Assembly: GCA_032718475.1 (NCBI GenBank) | Contig: JAUCBJ010008319.1 | Span: 1-37,912, forward strand | Length of the DNA stretch: 37,912 nucleotides | Direction: 5' to 3' | Source of the DNA: Nemertoderma westbladi | Lineage: Eukaryota > Animalia > Xenacoelomorpha | Notes under the pieces: generated by a model | Seen by the model: the letters and a program-made list of their open reading frames with translations, nothing else | Told to the model about the DNA's origin: nothing | The model's database searches: none | Program-made: the position numbers and the translations under genes | Shown: piece after piece, positions 32,306 through 37,912 of the stretch | How positions within the stretch are numbered: position 1 is the stretch's first letter | Layout: each line of letters opens with the position of its first letter

Positions 32306-35300
32306 CCGCGAGAACTGGGGAGGGGAGGGAGACATCTAATCAAGGAATCCTATAGACAATTATAACCAGCGGCGAGAACCGGGGAGGGGAGGGAGACATC
32401 TAATCAAGGAATCCTATAGACAATTATAACCAGCGGCGAGAACTGGGGAGGGGGGGGAGACATCTAATCAAGGAATCCTATAGACAATTATAACCAGCCG
32501 CGAGAACTGGGGAGGGGAGGGAGACATCTAATCAAGGAATCCTATAGACAATTATAACCAGCCGCGAGAACTGGGGAGGGGAGGGAGACATCTAATCAAG
32601 GAATCCTATAGACAATTATAACCAGCGGCGAGAACCGGGAGGGGGGGGGGGGGGGGGGAGACATCTAATCAAGGAATCCTATAGACAATTATAACCAGCG
32701 GCGAGAACCGGGAGGGGGGGGGGGGAGACATCTAATCAAGGAATCCTATAGACAATTATAACCAGCCGCGAGAACTGGGGAGGGGAGGGAGACATCTAAT
32801 CAAGGAATCCTATAGACAATTATAACCAGCCGCGAGAACTGGGGAGGGGAGGGAGACATCTAATCAAGGAATCCTATAGACAATTATAACCAGCCGCGAG
32901 AACCGGGGAGGGGAGGGAGACATCTAATCAAGGAATCCTATAGACAATTATAACCAGCGGCGAGAACCGGGGAGGGGAGGGAGACATCTAATCAAGGAAT
33001 CCTATAGACAATTATAACCAGCCGCGAGAACCGGGGAGGGGAGGGAGACATCTAATCAAGGAATCCTATAGACAATTATAACCAGCCGCGAGAACTGGGG
33101 AGGGGAGGGAGACATCTAATCAAGGAATCCTATAGACAATTATAACCAGCCGCGAGAACTGGGGAGGGGAGGGAGACATCTAATCAAGGAATCCTATAGA
33201 CAATTATAACCAGCCGCGAGAACCGGGGAGGGGAGGGGAGGGGAGGGAGGCATCTAATCAAGGAATCCTATAGACAATTATAACCAGCCGCGAGAACCGG
33301 GGAGGGGAGGGAGACATCTAATCAAGGAATCCTATACAATTATAACCAGCCGCGAGAACTGGGGGGGAGGGGGGGGGAGACATCTAATCAAGGAATCCTA
33401 TAGACAATTATAACCAGCCGCGAGAACCGGGGAGGGGAGGGAGACATCTAATCAAGGAATCCTATAGACAATTATAACCAGCCGCGAGAACCGGGGAGGG
33501 GAGGGGAGGGAGACATCTAATCAAGGAATCCTATAGACAATTATAACCAGCCGCGAGAACTGGGGAGGGGAGGGAGACATCTAATCAAGGAATCCTATAG
33601 ACAATTATAACCAGCCGCGAGAACCGGGGAGGGGAGGGGAGGGAGACATCTAATCAAGGAATCCTATAGACAATTATAACCAGCCGCGAGAACCGGGGAG
33701 GGGAGGGAGACATCTAATCAAGGAATCCTATAGCAATTATAACCAGCCGCGAGAACTGGGGGGGGGGGGGAGACATCTAATCAAGGAATCCTATAGACAA
33801 TTATAACCAGCCGCGAGAACCGGGGAGGGGGGGGAGACATCTAATCAAGGAATCCTATAGACAATTATAACCAGCGGCGAGAACCGGGGAGGGGAGGGAG
33901 ACATCTAATCAAGGAATCCTATAGACAATTATAACCAGCCGCGAGAACCGGGGAGGGGAGGGAGACATCTAATCAAGGAATCCTATAGACAATTATAACC
34001 AGCCGCGAGAACCGGGGAGGGGGGGAGACATCTAATCAAGGAATCCTATAGACAATTATAACCAGCCGCGAGAACTGGGGAGGGGAGGGAGACATCTAAT
34101 CAAGGAATCCTATAGACAATTATAACCAGCCGCGAGAACCGGGGAGGGGAGGGAGACATCTAATCAAGGAATCCTATAGACAATTATAACCAGCCGCGAG
34201 AACCGGGGAGGGGAGGGAGACATCTAATCAAGGAATCCTATAGACAATTATAACCAGCCGCGAGAACCGGGGAGGGGGGGAGACATCTAATCAAGGAATC
34301 CTATAGACAATTATAACCAGCCGCGAGAACCGGGGAGGGGAGGGAGACATCTAATCAAGGAATCCTATAGACAATTATAACCAGCCGCGAGAACTGGGGA
34401 GGGGAGGGGAGACATCTAATCAAGGAATCCTATAGACAATTATAACCAGCCGCGAGAACTGGGGAGGGGAGGGGAGACATCTAATCAAGGAATCCTATAG
34501 ACAATTATAACCAGCCGCGAGAACTGGGGAGGGGAGGGAGAGACATCTAATCAAGGAATCCTATAGACAATTATAACCAGCCGCGAGAACTGGGGAGGGG
34601 AGGGAGACATCTAATCAAGGAATCCTATAGACAATTATAACCAGCCGCGAGAACTGGGGAGGGGAGGGGAGACATCTAATCAAGGAATCCTATAGACAAT
34701 TATAACCAGCCGCGAGAACTGGGAGAGGGGAGGGAGACATCTAATCAAGGAATCCTATAGACAATTATAACCAGCCGCGAGAACTGGGAGGGGAGGGGAG
34801 GGAGACATCTAATCAAGGAATCCTATAGACAATTATAACCAGCCGCGAGAACTGGGGAGGGGAGGGAGACATCTAATCAAGGAATCCTATAGACAATTAT
34901 AACCAGCCGCGAGAACCGGGAGGGGAGGGAGACATCTAATCAAGGAATCCTATAGACAATTATAACCAGCCGCGAGAACCGGGAGGGGAGGGAGACATCT
35001 AATCAAGGAATCCTATAGACAATTATAACCAGCCGCGAGAACCGGGGAGGGGAGGGAGACATCTAATCAAGGAATCCTATAGACAATTATAACCAGCCGC
35101 GAGAACCGGGGAGGGGAGGGGGGGGGGAGACATCTAATCAAGGAATCCTATAGACAATTATAACCAGCCGCGAGAACTGGGGAGGGGAGGGAGACATCTA
35201 ATCAAGGAATCCTATAGACAATTATAACCAGCCGCGAGAACTCGGGAGGGGAGGGAGACATCTAATCAAGGAATCCTATAGACAATTATAACCAGCCGCG

Positions 35301-35628
35301 AGAACCGGGGAGGGGAGGGAGACATCTAATCAAGGAATCCTATAGACAATTATAACCAGCCGCGAGAACCGGGGAGGGGAGGGGGAGACATCTAATCAAG
35401 GAATCCTATAGACAATTATAACCAGCCGCGAGAACTGGGGAGGGGAGGGAGAATCTAATCAAGGAATCCTATAGACAATTATAACCAGCCGCGAGAACCG
35501 GGAAGGGAGGGAGACATCTAATCAAGGAATCCTATAGACAATTATAACCAGCCGCGAGAACTCGGGAGGGGAGGGAGACATCTAATCAAGGAATCCTATA
35601 GACAATTATAACCAGCCGCGAGAACTGG
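32306..35628. repeat. ~64-bp G-tract satellite, ~50 copies, intronic
   Basis: Unit GAGACATCTAATCAAGGAATCCTATAGACAATTATAACCAGCCGCGAGAACTGGGGAGGGGAGG; length variation is mostly in the G-tract. Confidence 0.97.
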
Positions 35629-36293
35629 TTTCTTTATTTCATCTAGAGCAGAATTTAATGAGGATTACAAATCTGAATACCGCTTAGTGAGATCTCTTTT
35701 AGTTCTCGAGTTATCACTGTTTTTTTTAATTCATCTTATGGAATTTTGATAAATATTACCACTTTGTGTAATTAGGCAATATTCATTAAAAATATGATAA
35801 TTAATGAATTTAATTAATTAATTAAAATCAAAATGGCTAATTAAAATTTATATAAGATAACGTTTCTAGAATCGATGACGCTAAAGTCCAAAAAAGATGG
35901 ATTTCAAGAAATTTGGAAAAAGATTGAGGAGTATTATTTTTTGTAAAAATAAATTTTCAAATTTTCCTATAGAGGCTAATTCGACTTCTATACAGTGGTT
36001 GGCCAAGACAAAATAGCAACATTATCATTTAACACTAATTGACAGCCATTTGAAAAAAAATGTTCATTGGGGGGGGGGGGGGGGGGTTCATACACATGTC
36101 ATACGTCATACGCCTATAAGACATACACAGAGAATATTTACTGTTCGGTAAATATTTAAAATGTTATACACCAAGAATATTTGTTTTGCGAACCTTGCAA
36201 ATTTTACCGGTACGGCCTACATATCCAGCTTAACCACAGTTATATTACTAAATACTTTATATAAGTCTTTATTATCACACAAATCCAACTCAC

Positions 36294-36428
36294 ATCCAAA
36301 TCGAAATCTTCGAAATTAGTAGCAACCGGTAATACTGACTTGGGAATGGGAGTCCTCCTCACAGCTGGGGCCGCTTGGGAGATTACAACAACGGCCATCA
36401 GAGACAATACAACGCTAGTGAACTTCAT
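36294..36428 (-). CDS. Secreted EF-hand protein, exon 1 (signal peptide)
   Basis: MKFTSVVLSLMAVVVISQA-AP is a typical signal peptide; start context caacATG; donor GAT|GTGAGT at 36294/36293 is phase 0, compatible with exon 2. The exon join is inferred. Confidence 0.75.
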
Positions 36429-36506
36429 GTTGTAGATTTCAAATGCCGAAATTATTGTTGAATTTTACAAAACTGTTCTTTCAAAGTTTTTCACAACTGG
36501 GACAGT

Positions 36507-37912
36507 CTACGACTAGGATCGGCATGCTGCATTGCAGCTGCATTTTTAAGAATGCTGTGCCGGCTTGTCGTCAAAATTGCGCCGCCTCAACTCCCTATCA
36601 CCCATGACATTTGCTAGATCAACCGCATCTTCAAGGCCAGTGTCCTTTAAGATGCGTCTCAAGAAAGTCATGGGCTGTCCACCATGCTTATTCACTCCAT
36701 GAGGCTGCCAAAGTACAAGATTATGCACTGGCTGGTCCTCACGGCGAAAGCAATGTCCTGCAAAGCGGAGGCTATTTTGTTCTAGTGTCAAGCTTGGGGG
36801 AACCAATGAGACTACTGCTGCTCTAAATAATCGGACCTTAAGTTTCCGATTAATTCTCGGTGACTTCCAAATCCTGGAAAGCCTGTTCAAGGCTGCCCAT
36901 GCCTTTCCCTTACGTATTCGAAGGTCCTCACCTGACTTCCGTATCCATGATCCCAGGTAACAGAAGTCGTCCACATGCTCAAGCATACCATCCTTTGAGC
37001 TTATGCTCATCCGATCAGAGACTTGCTGAGGACTTTCAAAGTTAACTGTCAAAATTTTGGTCTTTCTGGAGTTGATAAAAAGACCAACACTAGAAGCAGC
37101 ATCTTCTAATGAGCTGAGGAGCCGTTTGGCTCCCTCTAGTGATTCTGAGAGTACTCCTAAGTCATCAGCAAAGTCTAGATCAGTTAGGTACTTGGCTGGA
37201 TTTCCTCGACTTCTGGAGCCAGTAGGTGGAGTTATCATCACCCCATCATCATTATGATGATCTAAGGACATGCGTAGAACATAGTCAACCACAATTATGA
37301 ACAAGAATGGTGCAAGTGTGTCTCTCTTGAGGACGCCCCATAACACTTCAAATGGTTCTGTGTCACCATCAACAGTAGACACAAATGTTGTCGAACCGTC
37401 GTATACTGATCTGATTGCTGCAATAATTTCATCAGGAATCCCATATAATGAAAGTATGCTGAACATACGTGAGCGAGAGACTGAATCAAAGGCCTTGAAG
37501 AAGTCAACAAAGATAACAGCCAGATTCCTGTCTTTCTTTTTTGATAACTCTTCAATTATCCTTCTAAGTGCCAAAATGGGCTCCATGGTCCCACGACCTT
37601 TACGGAACCCATTCTGATTTCCACGGAGCAGTCTCTCAATGGGATCCCTGATGCGATTTAATAGAATTCTATTGTATAGCTTTGCAGCAATCGAGATCAA
37701 TGAGATTCCCCGAAAAGAACCATAGAGTGTTAGATTGCCCTTCTTGGGAACTGGCACCAACTTATTTGTTTTCATTTCTTGTGGGACTCTTGTTGTTCGG
37801 TACATGTCTACTATGATGGGATAGATGAGCTTTAAACACTTAGGTATTTTAAAAGACCTCAGGGGGAACACCATCTACTCCACTGGCACGATTGGTCTTA
37901 ATGCTCTTTGCA
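36507..37912 (-). mobile_element. RTE-clade LINE, second recent copy (runs off the window end), defective
   Basis: Near-identical to 25508-26967, but with QGD changed to KRD, a 153-bp in-frame deletion, and a frameshift after RASGVDGVPPEVF; same 3' UTR. Confidence 0.93.

Noticed and set aside
35630-36000. MITE-like remnant sharing ttcatctagagca...aaatctgaa with the 25034 MITE
   Set aside because: Termini and TSD could not be defined, so it is not listed as a feature.

Overview
This is eukaryotic DNA, most likely an invertebrate animal (AT-rich, GT-AG introns). It is not prokaryotic and has no CRISPR array, rRNA or tRNA that I can support. There are two host genes, both on the minus strand, both two-exon, and both with an intron filled by a tandem satellite: NOP56 (12262-11045 + 9075-8650, about 547 aa) and a secreted three-EF-hand protein (36428-36294 + 32206-31829, 170 aa). 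The left end (1-~6000) holds an intronless 706-aa orphan ORF with a long repeat- and hairpin-rich upstream region, probably part of an unclassified retroelement or viral insert. Most of 12.8-31.3 kb is a nest of transposable elements. These include an apparently intact L2/Crack-type LINE (hydrophobic leader, 2[18 protein letters not shown]) fused head-to-head with an RTEX 3' fragment inside an older L2; CR1, RTE and RTEX relics; a hAT-like element; Kolobok-like TTAA elements, one with a THAP relic; Penelope-type hammerhead relics; and 27-41 bp palindromic micro-elements. The best leads are the NOP56 intron satellite built from 5' splice-site copies, the two-tailed chimeric LINE insertion, the 2A LINE with a signal-like leader, and the orphan ORF locus. 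All calls come from reading the sequence by eye; no searches were run and TE boundaries are approximate.
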